Origin: Reyranella sp.
GTDB lineage: Bacteria; Pseudomonadota; Alphaproteobacteria; Reyranellales; Reyranellaceae
NCBI GenBank assembly: GCA_021732285.1
Contig: JAKFVH010000073.1
Location: 2,862-66,861 of the forward strand
DNA: 64,000 bases
Direction of reading: 5' to 3'
This document shows positions 1 through 10,263 of this stretch, one piece after another. Made by a program: the position numbers and the translations under genes. How positions within the stretch are numbered: position 1 is the first letter of the stretch; each line of letters begins with the position of its first letter. The notes beneath the pieces were generated by a model. It saw only the letters and a list, made by a program, of their open reading frames with translations. It was not told the DNA's origin and made no database searches.

Positions 1-384
1 CACGAACTCCGAGGGCTGCACGCTCGACAGGCCGGGCACCGAGATCCAGCGTCGCGCGCCCTTGATCTCGACGCCGATGACGAAGGTGGCGGCCAGCAAC
101 AGCACGCTGCCGCAGAACACCAGCAGCGCAACCCGCCTGATGTGGCGCGGCGAGGCGAGCGAAATCGCCAGCATCAGCATCAGGGCGATGGGCAGGAAGA
201 AGAACTGGCGCTTGGCGAAGATGAAGGAATCGGCGCCGATGCGCTCGGCGGCGGGCGGCGAGGCGGCGAGCGTCAGCATGACGCCGAAGGCGATGATGCC
301 CAGGATGGCGCCCAACGACCAACGGTCGACGGTCCACCACCACTGGCCGATCACGCTGCGGTCATCGCGCGGTACCTGGATCAC
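1..384 (-). CDS. ftsW: Cell division protein FtsW (5' part, runs off window start)
   Basis: Hand translation from GTG at 384: MIQVPRDDRSVIGQWWWTVDRW...EIKGARRWISVPGLSSVQPSEFV, with SEDS motifs GARRW and QPSE. GTGA overlap with the murD stop. Confidence 0.93.
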   Translation of the reverse strand, partial: MIQVPRDDRSVIGQWWWTVDRWSLGAILGIIAFGVMLTLAASPPAAERIGADSFIFAKRQFFFLPIALMLMLAISLASPRHIRRVALLVFCGSVLLLAATFVIGVEIKGARRWISVPGLSSVQPSEFV

Positions 385-1766
385 GCTGCTCTCCCCAAAA
401 CCTGCGCGCCCGGCAAGGCGCGCGCCATGGCGCGGAACGCATCGCCACGGTGCTCGTAGCTCTTCCACTGATCCCATGAGGCGCAGGCCGGCGACAGCAG
501 CACCACGGCGTCACCTTTGGCTTCGTGCTGCGCGCGCTCATGCGCGGCGTCGAGCGCCGACTTCAGGTCGCCGCAGCGGCTGTAGGCGATCTTGCCCTCG
601 AGCTGGCCGGCGAACAGCTCGGTCGCCTCGCCGATCAGGAAGGCATGGCGGATGCGGTCGAACCACGGCGCGAGCGGCGCCACGCCGCCCTCCTTCGCCT
701 GGCCGCCCAGGATCCAGTAGATGTCGTGGTAGGACGACAGCGCGCGCGCCGTGGCGTCAGCGTTGGTCGCCTTGCTGTCGTTGACGTAGACGACGGTGCC
801 GACGGACGCGACGCGCTCCTGGCGATGCGGCAGGCCGGGATAGGTCTCCAGCCCGGCGACGATCCTCTCGCGCGGCACGCCAAGCCAGCGGCAGGCCGCC
901 CAGGCGCAGGCGGCGTTCTGGGCGTTGTGGTCGCCCGGCAGGGTCGGCACGTCGGCGAAACCGACGGTGTAGCCATCGGCATCGACCAGCATGCCGGCGC
1001 GGTAGGAGATGCCGCCGGCGACCGGCGTCTCGAGCTTCACCGGCACGGCCGCGATGCCGCGCTTGATCAGCTTGGCATAGACGGCGCGCGAGGGCTGGTC
1101 GTCGACGCCGATCACGGCGCAGTCGCGGACCTGCTGGCGGGCGAAGATGTTCTCCTTGGCGGCGACATAGCCCGAGAGATCGCCATGGCGATCGATGTGG
1201 TCGGGCGTGATGTTGAGCCACACCGCGACATGGGCGTGGAAGGTCTCCAGCAATTCGAGCTGGTAGGACGACAGTTCCAGCACGTAGACGCCATCGGCGC
1301 CGAGCGGCGCGAGATCGAGCGCGCCGCGGCCGATATTGCCGCCGACCTCGCAGCGCACGCCGGCCTCGTCGAGGATATGGCCGATCAGCGCCGTCGTCGT
1401 CGACTTGCCGTTGGTGCCGGTGATGGCGACGTACTTCGCCTTGTCCTGGGCTCTGGCCAGCAGCTCGACGTCGCAGATGATCTTCTTGCCGGCGGCGCGC
1501 GCCGCGGCGGCCACGGGATGCGGCTTGGGAAAGGTGCTGGGAATGCCCGGGCTGATGACCAGCGCGGTGATACGCGACCAGTCGACGCCCGCGGGATCGG
1601 CGACGTTCAGGCCGGCCGCCGCGGCGGCCTCGCGCGAGGCGGCGTTGTCGTCCCAGCAGATGGTGTCGATGCCGGCCGCCTTCAGGGCGCGTCCGGTCGC
1701 CAGGCCGGAGCGCGCGAGCCCCAGCACGACGAACGACGAACCTTTCAGGATGCCGAGATCGATCAT
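381..1766 (-). CDS. murD: UDP-N-acetylmuramoyl-L-alanine--D-glutamate ligase
   Basis: GLARSG, ITGTNGKSTT, VLELSSYQL, NDSKATN and LLSPACASWDQ motifs. Start placed at ATG 1766 (MIDLG); the ORF-track 5' extension overlaps mraY. Confidence 0.96.
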   Translation of the reverse strand: MIDLGILKGSSFVVLGLARSGLATGRALKAAGIDTICWDDNAASREAAAAAGLNVADPAGVDWSRITALVISPGIPSTFPKPHPVAAAARAAGKKIICDVELLARAQDKAKYVAITGTNGKSTTTALIGHILDEAGVRCEVGGNIGRGALDLAPLGADGVYVLELSSYQLELLETFHAHVAVWLNITPDHIDRHGDLSGYVAAKENIFARQQVRDCAVIGVDDQPSRAVYAKLIKRGIAAVPVKLETPVAGGISYRAGMLVDADGYTVGFADVPTLPGDHNAQNAACAWAACRWLGVPRERIVAGLETYPGLPHRQERVASVGTVVYVNDSKATNADATARALSSYHDIYWILGGQAKEGGVAPLAPWFDRIRHAFLIGEATELFAGQLEGKIAYSRCGDLKSALDAAHERAQHEAKGDAVVLLSPACASWDQWKSYEHRGDAFRAMARALPGAQVLGRAA

Positions 1767-1768
1767 CC

Positions 1769-2857
1769 TTACCTCAACTTCAGGGTGGCAAGGCCGGCCA
1801 TCGCCAGGATGGCGGCGATGATCCAGAAACGGAAGACGATGGTGGGCTCGGCCCAGCCTTTCTGCTCGAAGTGATGGTGCAGCGGCGCCATGCGAAAGAC
1901 GCGGCGGCCGGTCCATTTGTAGGACAGGACCTGGACGATCACCGAGACGGTCTCGAGCACGAACAGTCCGCCCACGATCGCCAGCACGATCTCGTGCTTG
2001 GTGACGACGGCGACCGCCCCCAGCGCGCCGCCGATGGCGAGTGAGCCGGTGTCGCCCATGAACACCATGGCCGGTGGAGCGTTGAACCACAGGAAGCCCA
2101 GGCCCCCGCCGATCAGCGCGGCCAGCAGCACAGCGAGCTCGCCCGAGCGCGGCACGTGGTGGAGATAGAGGTAGTTGGTGAGGATGGTGTTGCCCACCAC
2201 GTAGGCGATCAGGCCGAACACCGCCGAGGCCATGATCACCGGTCCGATGGCGAGACCGTCGAGGCCGTCGGTCAGGTTGACGGCGTTGGAGGCGCCGACC
2301 ATGACCAGGGTCGCGAAGGCGAGGAAGCCGACGATGCCCAGCGGCAGCAGCACGTCCTTCAGGAACGGCAACGCCATCGTGTAGCGCAGCGCCGAGGGCG
2401 AGGCCTGGGCGATCAGGTAGGCGGCGATAGCGGCTACCACGACCGAGATCGTGAGCTTGATCTTGCCCGGCACGCCCTTGGGGTTCTTCTTGGTGACCTT
2501 GAGGTAGTCGTCCCAGAAGCCGACTGCGCCGAAAGCCAGGGTGACGGCGAGCACGATCCAGACATAGCGGTTGGTGAGATCGGCCCACAGCAAGGTCGCC
2601 ACCGTGAGGGTGATCAGGATCAGGAGCCCACCCATGGTGGGCGTGCCTTTCTTGGTGAGGTGCGTGGCCGGGCCGTCGCTGCGAATCGGCTGGCCCTGCG
2701 CCTGCTTGCTGCGCAGCCAGCGGATCAGCCCGCCGCCGATCAGGAAGCTCAGCACCAGCGCCGTCAGGAACGCCGCAATGGACCGGAACGTCAGATAACG
2801 GAACAGGTTGAACGGGCTGAAGATGTCCGCCAGCGGATAGAGAAGATTGTAGAACAT
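1769..2857 (-). CDS. mraY: Phospho-N-acetylmuramoyl-pentapeptide transferase
   Basis: [38 protein letters not shown]. Confidence 0.98.
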   Translation of the reverse strand: MFYNLLYPLADIFSPFNLFRYLTFRSIAAFLTALVLSFLIGGGLIRWLRSKQAQGQPIRSDGPATHLTKKGTPTMGGLLILITLTVATLLWADLTNRYVWIVLAVTLAFGAVGFWDDYLKVTKKNPKGVPGKIKLTISVVVAAIAAYLIAQASPSALRYTMALPFLKDVLLPLGIVGFLAFATLVMVGASNAVNLTDGLDGLAIGPVIMASAVFGLIAYVVGNTILTNYLYLHHVPRSGELAVLLAALIGGGLGFLWFNAPPAMVFMGDTGSLAIGGALGAVAVVTKHEIVLAIVGGLFVLETVSVIVQVLSYKWTGRRVFRMAPLHHHFEQKGWAEPTIVFRFWIIAAILAMAGLATLKLR

Positions 2858-4261
2858 CTAGCGTCCTACCTCGCCGCCACTGGCCGCCAGGATGGCGTCG
2901 ACGACATGCTTCATCTTTGAACCCAGCGAACCCTTCACCGCGATCACATCTCCTGCCTGCAACGCCGCCGCGACCTCGCCGGCGAGTGCCATTGAATCCG
3001 GCCGGTGCACGCCACGCTGCGCCGGCTCGAGCTTGCGCCACAGCGCCTCCATGTGCGGCCCGCACAGGAAGACCCGTGTGGCGCCGCTGGCCGCCACCGC
3101 GTCGGCGAGGCCGGCATGGAAGGCGTCGGCGCCCTCGCCCAGCTCGCGCATGTCGCCCAGCGCCAGCAGCCGGCGGCCGCCCTTGGCCGGTTCGGTGCGC
3201 GCCAGGATGGCGAGCATGGCGCGAACCGACATCGGGTTGGCGTTATAACTCTCGTCCAGAAGCTCGACCGTGCCGGTGCCGAACTTCAGGAACCGCCGCG
3301 CCCCGCGCCCCGGCGATGCCGAAACGCCGGCGAGCGACGCGGCCGCCTGCTCGACATCCGCGCCCAGCGCCTCGGCGACGGCCAGCGCTGCGATGCTGTT
3401 CAGCACCCAGTGCTCGCCGGCCGCGCCCAGCCGATACTCGATGCGGCGGCCATGGATCAAGGCGACAACATCGCTGCCCGAATCCTGCAGGCTGCAGGAG
3501 ACAAGCCGCGCCTCCGCCGTCTCGCCGCGGCCGAAGCCGACGATGCGCGACACGCCAAAACGACGGGCGTGCCCCACCAACCGCTCGTAATGCTTGCCGT
3601 CGCGATTGAGCACGGCCACTGCACCTTGGGCCATGCCGGCGAACAGGCAGGCCTTCTCGTCGGCGATCGCCTCTTCAGAGCCCATGAAGCCGATATGCGC
3701 CGGCCCGACATTGGTCACGACGCCGACATGGGCCTCGACCTGGCGGGCCAGCGGCTCGATCTCGCCGGGATGGTTCATGCCGATCTCGAACACGCCGTAG
3801 CGCGCCTCGCGCGGCAGGCGGGCGAGACTGATGGGCACGCCGACATGGTTGTTGAACGAGGCGGCGCTGGCCGAGGTCGGCGCCTGGGCCGACAGCATGG
3901 CGCGCAAGGCATCCTTGGTGCTGGTCTTGCCGACCGAACCGGTGACGCTGGCGATGCGCGCCTTGCTGCGCCGGCGGGCGGCACGGCCGAGACCCTCCAG
4001 CGCCTTCATGGTGTCGGGCACACGGATCAGCGTGCCGCCCGCATTCTCGACGTCGCGCGACACGACCGCGGCCGCGGCGCCGCGCTTCATCGTCTCGGCC
4101 ACGAAGCCGTGACCGTCGGTCGTCTCGCCCTTCAGGGCAAAGAACAGATCGCCCTTGCCGACGGCGCGGCTGTCGAAGGTGACGCCGTTGACCTCGAACG
4201 GCGCGGCGATGGCCGCGCCGAGCGCCCGAGCCACCTCATCGGAGGTCCAGAGCGCGCTCAC
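2858..4261 (-). CDS. murF: UDP-N-acetylmuramoyl-tripeptide--D-Ala-D-Ala ligase
   Basis: VTGSVGKTSTK, FEIGMNHPGEI, DESYNANP, LGDMRELG, VKGS. Confidence 0.97.
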   Translation of the reverse strand: MSALWTSDEVARALGAAIAAPFEVNGVTFDSRAVGKGDLFFALKGETTDGHGFVAETMKRGAAAAVVSRDVENAGGTLIRVPDTMKALEGLGRAARRRSKARIASVTGSVGKTSTKDALRAMLSAQAPTSASAASFNNHVGVPISLARLPREARYGVFEIGMNHPGEIEPLARQVEAHVGVVTNVGPAHIGFMGSEEAIADEKACLFAGMAQGAVAVLNRDGKHYERLVGHARRFGVSRIVGFGRGETAEARLVSCSLQDSGSDVVALIHGRRIEYRLGAAGEHWVLNSIAALAVAEALGADVEQAAASLAGVSASPGRGARRFLKFGTGTVELLDESYNANPMSVRAMLAILARTEPAKGGRRLLALGDMRELGEGADAFHAGLADAVAASGATRVFLCGPHMEALWRKLEPAQRGVHRPDSMALAGEVAAALQAGDVIAVKGSLGSKMKHVVDAILAASGGEVGR

Positions 4262-5775
4262 GACACCGCCTCGGCGAACTCGCGCGCCACCTCGGCGTCA
4301 TCGAAGTGGTGTGTCACGCCCTTGATGGTCTGGCCGGTCTCGTGGCCCTTGCCCGCGATCAGCAGCAGATCGTCCTTGCTCCTGAGCGAGGCCATGCCAC
4401 GCTCGATGGCGGCGTGCCGGCCGTCGCGCACCTCGATCCAGTTGCGCCGGTCGGCGGGAATGCCGCGCACGATCTCGGTGCGGATCGCCTCGGGCTCCTC
4501 GCTGCGCGGGTTGTCGTCGGTCACCAGGGTGAGATCGGCGAGGCGCGTGGCGATCTCGCCCATCACCGGCCGCTTGGCGCGGTCGCGATCGCCGCCGCAG
4601 CCGAACACCACGACCAGCCGGCCGTGCGCGAAGGGCCGCAAGGTCGTGAGCACGGTCTCCAGCGCCTCGGGCTTGTGGGCGTAGTCGACATAGACATTGG
4701 CGCCGGTGCGATGGCGCGCGACGAGCTGCAGGCGGCCGGGTGCGCCAGTGACGCTGCCCAGCGCCTCGACCGAATGGCCGACATCGCCGCCGGTCGCCAC
4801 GGCCAGCGCCAGCGCGCCCAGCGCATTGGAGGCCTGGAAGCCGCCGACCAGCGGCAGCTCGATGCCGTGCAGCTCGCCCAGGATCTCGACCGCCAAATGC
4901 TGGCCGGCCGACGTCGCCCGGTCCTTGAGCAGGCGGAACTCGCGGCCCTTGGCGCCGTATGTCCAGCAGCGGATGCCGCGGCTTTGGCAGATCGCCACGA
5001 GGGCCTGGGCGCGATCGCTGTCGGCGTTGATCACCGCCGTGCCGCTTTCCGGCAGCAGGCTGTCGAACAGCCGTGCCTTGGCGGCGAAGTAGGTCTCCAT
5101 CGAGGCGTGATAGTCGAGATGCTCGTGCGTCAGGTTGGTGAAGCAGGCGGCCGACAGTTTCAGCCCGTCGAGACGATGCTGGTCCAGCCCGTGGCTCGAT
5201 GCCTCGATGGCGAGATGGGTGACGCCCTGGCGCGCCAGGATCGCCAGATCTTCGTGGAGCTGCACCGGATCCGGCGTGGTCAGGCCGGCGTCGCGCGTCA
5301 GGCCGGGAGAGAAGATGCCGAGCGTGCCCACGCTCGCTGCCTTCAGGCCGAGGCTCGCCCAGATGTGGCGCACGAAATGGACGGTCGAGGACTTGCCGTT
5401 GGTGCCGGTCACTGCCGCGATTGTCGCCGGCTGCGTGCCGGCGAAGGCCGCGGCCATCAGCGCCACGCGCCGCCGCGGATTGGCGTCGCGGATGACGACG
5501 ACCGAGGGATCGATGGGCGCCAGGTTGGCGTCGGGCGCGGCCAGGATGGCGACCGCGCCGCGCTTCACCGCCTCGGCGACGAAGGCCGCGCCGTCCTGCC
5601 GGTTGCCGGCGAGGGCAGCAAAAAGGAACCCCGGCCCGACCTTGCGCGAGTCGAGGGTCAAGCCAGCGAGCGCGGGGTCACTCCCCCCACCCGGCCTTCG
5701 GCCACCCTCCCCCATCTGATGGGGGAGGGCTGGGGTGGGGGAAGCGCTTGCCCGCATCAGGTCACTCAGCAGCAA
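4258..5775 (-). CDS. murE: UDP-N-acetylmuramoylalanyl-D-glutamate--2,6-diaminopimelate ligase
   Basis: VTGTNGKSS, EASSHGLDQ, DYAHKP, DDNPRSE (DAP specificity), AGKGHE. Probable TTG start at 5775 (MLLSDL) with GGGAG RBS upstream. Confidence 0.95.
   Translation of the reverse strand: MLLSDLMRASASPTPALPHQMGEGGRRPGGGSDPALAGLTLDSRKVGPGFLFAALAGNRQDGAAFVAEAVKRGAVAILAAPDANLAPIDPSVVVIRDANPRRRVALMAAAFAGTQPATIAAVTGTNGKSSTVHFVRHIWASLGLKAASVGTLGIFSPGLTRDAGLTTPDPVQLHEDLAILARQGVTHLAIEASSHGLDQHRLDGLKLSAACFTNLTHEHLDYHASMETYFAAKARLFDSLLPESGTAVINADSDRAQALVAICQSRGIRCWTYGAKGREFRLLKDRATSAGQHLAVEILGELHGIELPLVGGFQASNALGALALAVATGGDVGHSVEALGSVTGAPGRLQLVARHRTGANVYVDYAHKPEALETVLTTLRPFAHGRLVVVFGCGGDRDRAKRPVMGEIATRLADLTLVTDDNPRSEEPEAIRTEIVRGIPADRRNWIEVRDGRHAAIERGMASLRSKDDLLLIAGKGHETGQTIKGVTHHFDDAEVAREFAEAVS
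5682..5742. repeat. Palindromic repeat element inside the murE 5' coding region
   Basis: Core hairpin CCCTCCCCCATC-T-GATGGGGGAGGG with complementary flanks TCCCCCCACCC / GGGGTGGGGGA; resembles the intergenic repeats at 26007, 33696, 35294 and 48236. Confidence 0.8.
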
Positions 5776-7627
5776 CGCGACGCACTCCCGTTTGGGGTGC
5801 GGCCGCGGCCTGATTGGGGCCGGGCCGTACCGGCAGAGCCTTACGCTGTTCCTGGGCGCCACGATGGCGGGCACTCGCCGGGACGAACTGCGGCGGCGTC
5901 ACCGGCGCCGGCACGGGCGTCGAGGCGATCTCGATGGGCGGCAGGCCCTGCTTCAGGTCGCCCGGCAGGATGCCGTAGAGCGATGCCATCCCTTCGATGA
6001 TGACCTTCACCGAAGGCGCCGCCACCCAACCCGCCGTCGCATAGCCGTAGGTATCCTTCGTACCCTTGGGCTCGTCGATCGACACCAGGATGACGAACTT
6101 CGGATCGTTCATCGGGAACACCCCAACGAACGAGCTGATTAGGGCTTTTTGGCGGTAGCCGCCGCGCGACGGCTTCTCGGCCGTGCCGGTCTTGCCGCCA
6201 ACCTCGTAGCCTGGCACGTCGGCGTTCTTGCCGGTGCCCTCGACTGCGTTCAGGCGCAGCAGCTGGCGCATCATCACCGAGGTCTTGGGCTGGATGACGC
6301 GGCGGCCGGGGTCGCTGGCAGCGGTCCGCTTGACCAGGCTCGGCTGGTACAGGGTGCCGCCGTTGACGACGGCGGCCGAGCCGGTCGCGAGATGCAGCGG
6401 CGTCACCGAGATGCCATGCCCGAAGGCGATGGTCATGGTGTTGATCTTCATCCAGTTGCGCGGATAGAGCGGCGACGCCACCTCGGTGAGCTGGGTGTTG
6501 AGCGGCTTCAGGAAGCCGATCTTGTCGAAGAAGGCGCGCTGGGTGTCACTGCCCATCTCGACCGCCATCTTGGCCGAGGCGATGTTGGACGAGAACTTGA
6601 ACAGCTCCGGCACGGTGAGCGGCCGGCGCTGGGCATGGTCGTCGTTGATGGTGAAGCGGTCGATCTTGATCGGCGAGGTCGCGTCGAACACCGAGGTCAG
6701 CGTGACCCGGCCGGTGTCGAGCGCCATCGCCGTGTTGAAGATCTTGAAGGTCGAGCCCTGCTCGTAGACGCCAAGCGTGGCGCGGTTGAACAGCGCCTCG
6801 TTGGTGATGGTCTTGGCCGTGTTGGGATCGTAGGTCGGCAGCGAGGCCATGGCGAGGATCTCGCCGTTGGTCGCGTCCATGACGACGGCGGTGGCGCCGA
6901 TCGCCGAGAACTTCTCGACGGCGCGGGCGATCTCGCGCTCGACCAGGCGCTGCAGGCGGAGATCGATGGCCAGCTGCAGCGTCTCGCCGCTCTGCAGCTG
7001 CTGGTCGAAGTAGCGCTCGACGCCGGCCAGGCCGGCATTGTCGACGCTGGCATAGCCCAGGATATGCGCCGCCGCCGTGCCTTGCGGGTAGAGCCGGCGT
7101 TCCTCGGCCTGGAATTCCAGGCCGGGAATGCCGAGCCGGTTGACGCGGTCGTGCTCGCGCGGGCTCAAGCCGCGCTTCACCCAGACGAAGGTCTTGTCCT
7201 CCTCGAGCTTGGTGCGGACGTCGTCGTACTTGAGGTCAGGCAGCGCCGAGACGATCTTCTTGGCGGCGTCCTGCGGGTCGAGCAGCAGGCGCGGATTGAC
7301 GAAGGCCGACATCACCGGCACCGACGTCGCCAGCACGGCGCCGTTGCGGTCGACGATGTCGGCACGCTCCGACTGGATCGAGCCGCCGCGCGCGGCGACG
7401 CGCTGCGTCGGCTCGGCGCCATCGCGCAGCAGCGACACGTAGCCCATGCGCAGCGCAATAGCGACGAACATCACGGCGAACAGCCCTGATGCGATGACCA
7501 GGCGCTGGCGGGCGGTCTCCTGGGCATCGCCCTTGAGCCGCTCCTGCGCCGATCCGTAACGCGCGCCGGCCGCCGCGTTTGCCGCGGCGGCCGGGTCGGG
7601 CGAGGCTCGCTTGCGCCACAGCTTCAT
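5762..7627 (-). CDS. ftsI: Penicillin-binding protein FtsI (PBP3)
   Basis: RADIVDRNG, GSTFK (SxxK), SSN, KTGTA; dcw position. Confidence 0.96.
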   Translation of the reverse strand: MKLWRKRASPDPAAAANAAAGARYGSAQERLKGDAQETARQRLVIASGLFAVMFVAIALRMGYVSLLRDGAEPTQRVAARGGSIQSERADIVDRNGAVLATSVPVMSAFVNPRLLLDPQDAAKKIVSALPDLKYDDVRTKLEEDKTFVWVKRGLSPREHDRVNRLGIPGLEFQAEERRLYPQGTAAAHILGYASVDNAGLAGVERYFDQQLQSGETLQLAIDLRLQRLVEREIARAVEKFSAIGATAVVMDATNGEILAMASLPTYDPNTAKTITNEALFNRATLGVYEQGSTFKIFNTAMALDTGRVTLTSVFDATSPIKIDRFTINDDHAQRRPLTVPELFKFSSNIASAKMAVEMGSDTQRAFFDKIGFLKPLNTQLTEVASPLYPRNWMKINTMTIAFGHGISVTPLHLATGSAAVVNGGTLYQPSLVKRTAASDPGRRVIQPKTSVMMRQLLRLNAVEGTGKNADVPGYEVGGKTGTAEKPSRGGYRQKALISSFVGVFPMNDPKFVILVSIDEPKGTKDTYGYATAGWVAAPSVKVIIEGMASLYGILPGDLKQGLPPIEIASTPVPAPVTPPQFVPASARHRGAQEQRKALPVRPGPNQAAAAPQTGVRRVAAE

Positions 7628-8181
7628 CGACGGTCCTTTTCGTTTCTCGAAAGGATCTCATCGATGGAGACCGCGGCGCTCTGGCCATCGCCAACCGGAC
7701 CCGCTGTTGCCGGCTCTTGAATCAAGGCCGGTCGAGGGGGCGTCGAGGGTCCGGTCGTACGCCCTGGAGGGGGTGCGGAGGCCGGCGAGGGGCTGCCGGC
7801 CTCCGCTGCGACGCGACCACCACCGGGCAAGCTCGACGAGGGGACGTCGTTGCCCGTTCGTGGGGGGGAAGGGAGTGGTGGATCGCGACGCGGGGGCTGT
7901 GAATCTGCTGGAGGTTTCAGGGAATCGAGCCGCACGACCTGCTTGATCGAGGCGGGCTCGAGCTTGAGATGTTTTATGGCGAGCTTCTCGACGCGCTCGG
8001 CCTCGTTGAGGTGAGCCCATTCGACCCGCAGGATGTGCGTGGCCTGCTGGCTCTCGACGATCTTCTGGTTGGTGCGGTCGATCTTCTCCTCGAGGTCCGC
8101 CACCTTGTATTTCACGGTGAACAGACCGATCGCGGTGGCGACCGCGGCTATCGACCAGAACACGAGTCCGCGATGGATCAT
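7624..8181 (-). CDS. ftsL: FtsL-like cell division protein with a Pro-rich C-terminal tail
   Basis: N-terminal TM plus coiled coil with LRVEWAHLN, located between rsmH and ftsI. Confidence 0.82.
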   Translation of the reverse strand: MIHRGLVFWSIAAVATAIGLFTVKYKVADLEEKIDRTNQKIVESQQATHILRVEWAHLNEAERVEKLAIKHLKLEPASIKQVVRLDSLKPPADSQPPRRDPPLPSPPRTGNDVPSSSLPGGGRVAAEAGSPSPASAPPPGRTTGPSTPPRPALIQEPATAGPVGDGQSAAVSIDEILSRNEKDRR

Positions 8182-9116
8182 GCGCGGCCTCCAATCTTTT
8201 CAGCGACGCGCAGGCGCGCGGAACGGGCGCGCGGATTGGCGGCGATCTCGGAGGCCGACGGCGAGACCGGCTTGCGCGTGAGATCGCGCAACCTCGCAGC
8301 CTCGGCATCGGCGCGCGGCGGCGCATGGCGCGACGGACCGGGCGTGCGGCCGGCACGGCTGCGCACGAACTCCTTCACGGCGCGGTCTTCCAGCGAATGG
8401 AAGGAGACGACGGCGAGACGTCCACCGGGCGCCAGCACCTGCTCCGCCGCCGCCAGGCCCCGCTCAAGCTCGCCCAGCTCGTCGTTCACGGCGATGCGCA
8501 GTGCCTGGAAGGTACGGGTGGCAGGGTCGCTCTCGTCCCTGCCCTGCGGGCCGACGGCGCGGCGCACAATCTCGGCCAGCTCGCCGGTGGTCTCGATGCG
8601 CTTCGTCTTGCGCGCCTCGACGATGGCGCGCGCCACGCGGCGGCTGCGACGCTCCTCGCCGTAGCGGAAGATGATGTCGGCCAGCTCGGCTTCGTCGGCG
8701 TCGTTCACCAGGTCGGCGGCCGACGGTCCGTTCTTCTCCATGCGCATGTCGAGCGGGCCGGAGGCGCGGAACGAGAAGCCGCGATCGGCCTGGTCGAACT
8801 GCATGGAGGAAACGCCGAGGTCGAGCGCCACTCCATCGACGTCGTCGACGCCTTCGGCCGACAACAGGTCGGCCATGTCGCCGAAGCGGCCTTCGATCAG
8901 GCGCAGCCGCGGCGCATAGCGCTCGGCAAGGGCGCGGCCGGCGCCGATGGCATCGGGATCGCGATCGATGGCGATCACCTGGCAGTCGGCGCGATCAAGC
9001 ATGGCCGTGGTGTAGCCGCCGGCGCCGAAGGTGCCGTCGACATAGCGGCCGCCGTCGCGCGGCTGCAGGGCGTCGACAACCTCATTCAAGAGGACGGGGA
9101 TATGACGCTCGCTCAT
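8178..9116 (-). CDS. rsmH: 16S rRNA m4C1402 methyltransferase
   Basis: [46 protein letters not shown]; ATG at 9116 overlaps the mraZ stop. Confidence 0.97.
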   Translation of the reverse strand: MSERHIPVLLNEVVDALQPRDGGRYVDGTFGAGGYTTAMLDRADCQVIAIDRDPDAIGAGRALAERYAPRLRLIEGRFGDMADLLSAEGVDDVDGVALDLGVSSMQFDQADRGFSFRASGPLDMRMEKNGPSAADLVNDADEAELADIIFRYGEERRSRRVARAIVEARKTKRIETTGELAEIVRRAVGPQGRDESDPATRTFQALRIAVNDELGELERGLAAAEQVLAPGGRLAVVSFHSLEDRAVKEFVRSRAGRTPGPSRHAPPRADAEAARLRDLTRKPVSPSASEIAANPRARSARLRVAEKIGGRA

Positions 9117-9589
9117 GCGTCGCCCCCGAGGCCGCGCACGAAGGCGGCCATCTTGTCTCGATCGGTATCGCGGCGGGCCTGCCAGCGGCCCGGATTCCAC
9201 AGCTGGAACTTGTCGCCCTTGCCGACCAGCATCACGCCGTCGGACACCTCGAGCACGCTCGCGAACTCGGCCGGCAGCGAGAAGCGGCCGTCGGGCTCCA
9301 TGGCGATGGTGCGGGCGGAGGCGGACAGGTAACCGGCGGGATCGAAGGCCTCGTCGTCGAGCGCGACCTTGAGGGCGCCCTTGGGGCCAAGCGCCTCGGC
9401 ACGCAGCCGGTCGAGCATGGCGTCAAAGCCGGCGCGCGAATTTCCGTTCACCACGCCCGACAGGTTGGGCGAGTGATAGAGCACGAAAGCACCACGGTCG
9501 TCGGCCGGCAGCTCGTCGCGAAAGGCGGCGGGCAACAAGACCCTGCCTTTTTTGTCGAGCTTGATCAGGATTTCGGACCGAAACGCCAC
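9113..9589 (-). CDS. mraZ: Division/cell wall cluster transcriptional regulator MraZ
   Basis: Two AbrB-like repeats ([10 protein letters not shown]; [10 protein letters not shown]...GKGDKFQLW); first gene of dcw. Confidence 0.88.
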   Translation of the reverse strand: MAFRSEILIKLDKKGRVLLPAAFRDELPADDRGAFVLYHSPNLSGVVNGNSRAGFDAMLDRLRAEALGPKGALKVALDDEAFDPAGYLSASARTIAMEPDGRFSLPAEFASVLEVSDGVMLVGKGDKFQLWNPGRWQARRDTDRDKMAAFVRGLGGDA

Positions 9590-9645
9590 CGGCCCAGTCC
9601 CCCTGCACTCCCCGCGGCCGGTGCCCCACGCCCCGGCCTGTTCTA

Positions 9646-9680
9646 CGGGATGTCATGGGATAGCATGGGAATTTCAGGGA
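9646..9680. promoter_or_regulatory. Putative MraZ binding site (4 x NGGGA, 10-bp period)
   Basis: CGGGA-tgtca-TGGGA-tagca-TGGGA-atttc-AGGGA upstream of mraZ; E. coli MraZ binds TGGGN repeats with 5-nt spacers. Confidence 0.7.
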
Positions 9681-9849
9681 AGCAATGCTGAAGAGCAAGA
9701 ATCCACAAGGAATCTGAAGCGCTTAGCTACCAAACCTATGGTCTGTTGATCGCCGTACACTACAAGGAATTGATTGGAGGGATCGAAGGGCTCTTTCCCA
9801 GTCTATACTGTCCGGAGTCTCGATGGGATGGGTTGGCCGGTGGCAGGCA

Positions 9850-10254
9850 GCAGGTCAGACGGCCTGTAAGCCGGGTTCTGTCCTCGCCTTGCGGCGATGG
9901 ATGGCCATTCCTCTGGGACGCCCGTTGCCGAGCGCCTCGCGCGACCGACCCGGGCGGCGACGCGGAAACACCGCTGCCGGTTGCCCGGCGTGCCGCCCCT
10001 ATTTGGTCTTGCTCCCGGTGGGGTTTGCCGTGCCGCTTCCGTTGCCGGTCGCGCGGTGGGCTCTTACCCCACCGTTTCACCCTTGCCTGACGAATTTACC
10101 CAATGGGCGAACCCGTCCGGCGGTCTGTTCTCTGTGGCACTTTCCCTGGGGTCGCCCCCGCCGGCCGTTAGCCGGCACCGTGTCTCCGTGGAGCCCGGAC
10201 TTTCCTCACCAGACGGTTGCCCGCCCAGTGCAGCCATCCAGCCGTCTGACCTGC
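9850..10254 (-). ncRNA. rnpB: RNase P RNA, class A
   Basis: Minus strand contains GAGGAAAGTCCGGGCTCC, GGGTGAAACGGTGGGGTAAGAGCCCACC and GACAGAACCCGGCTTACAGGCC. P1 helix: 9850-9863 is complementary to 10241-10254. Confidence 0.97.
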
Positions 10255-10263
10255 GGGCCCTAG

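Noticed and set aside
381-3065. Apparent 894-aa MurD fusion
   Set aside because: The extension is an off-frame reading of mraY/murF; MurD homology starts at ATG 1766.
9746-10263. ORFs across 9.75-10.26 kb
   Set aside because: The region is the RNase P RNA gene.
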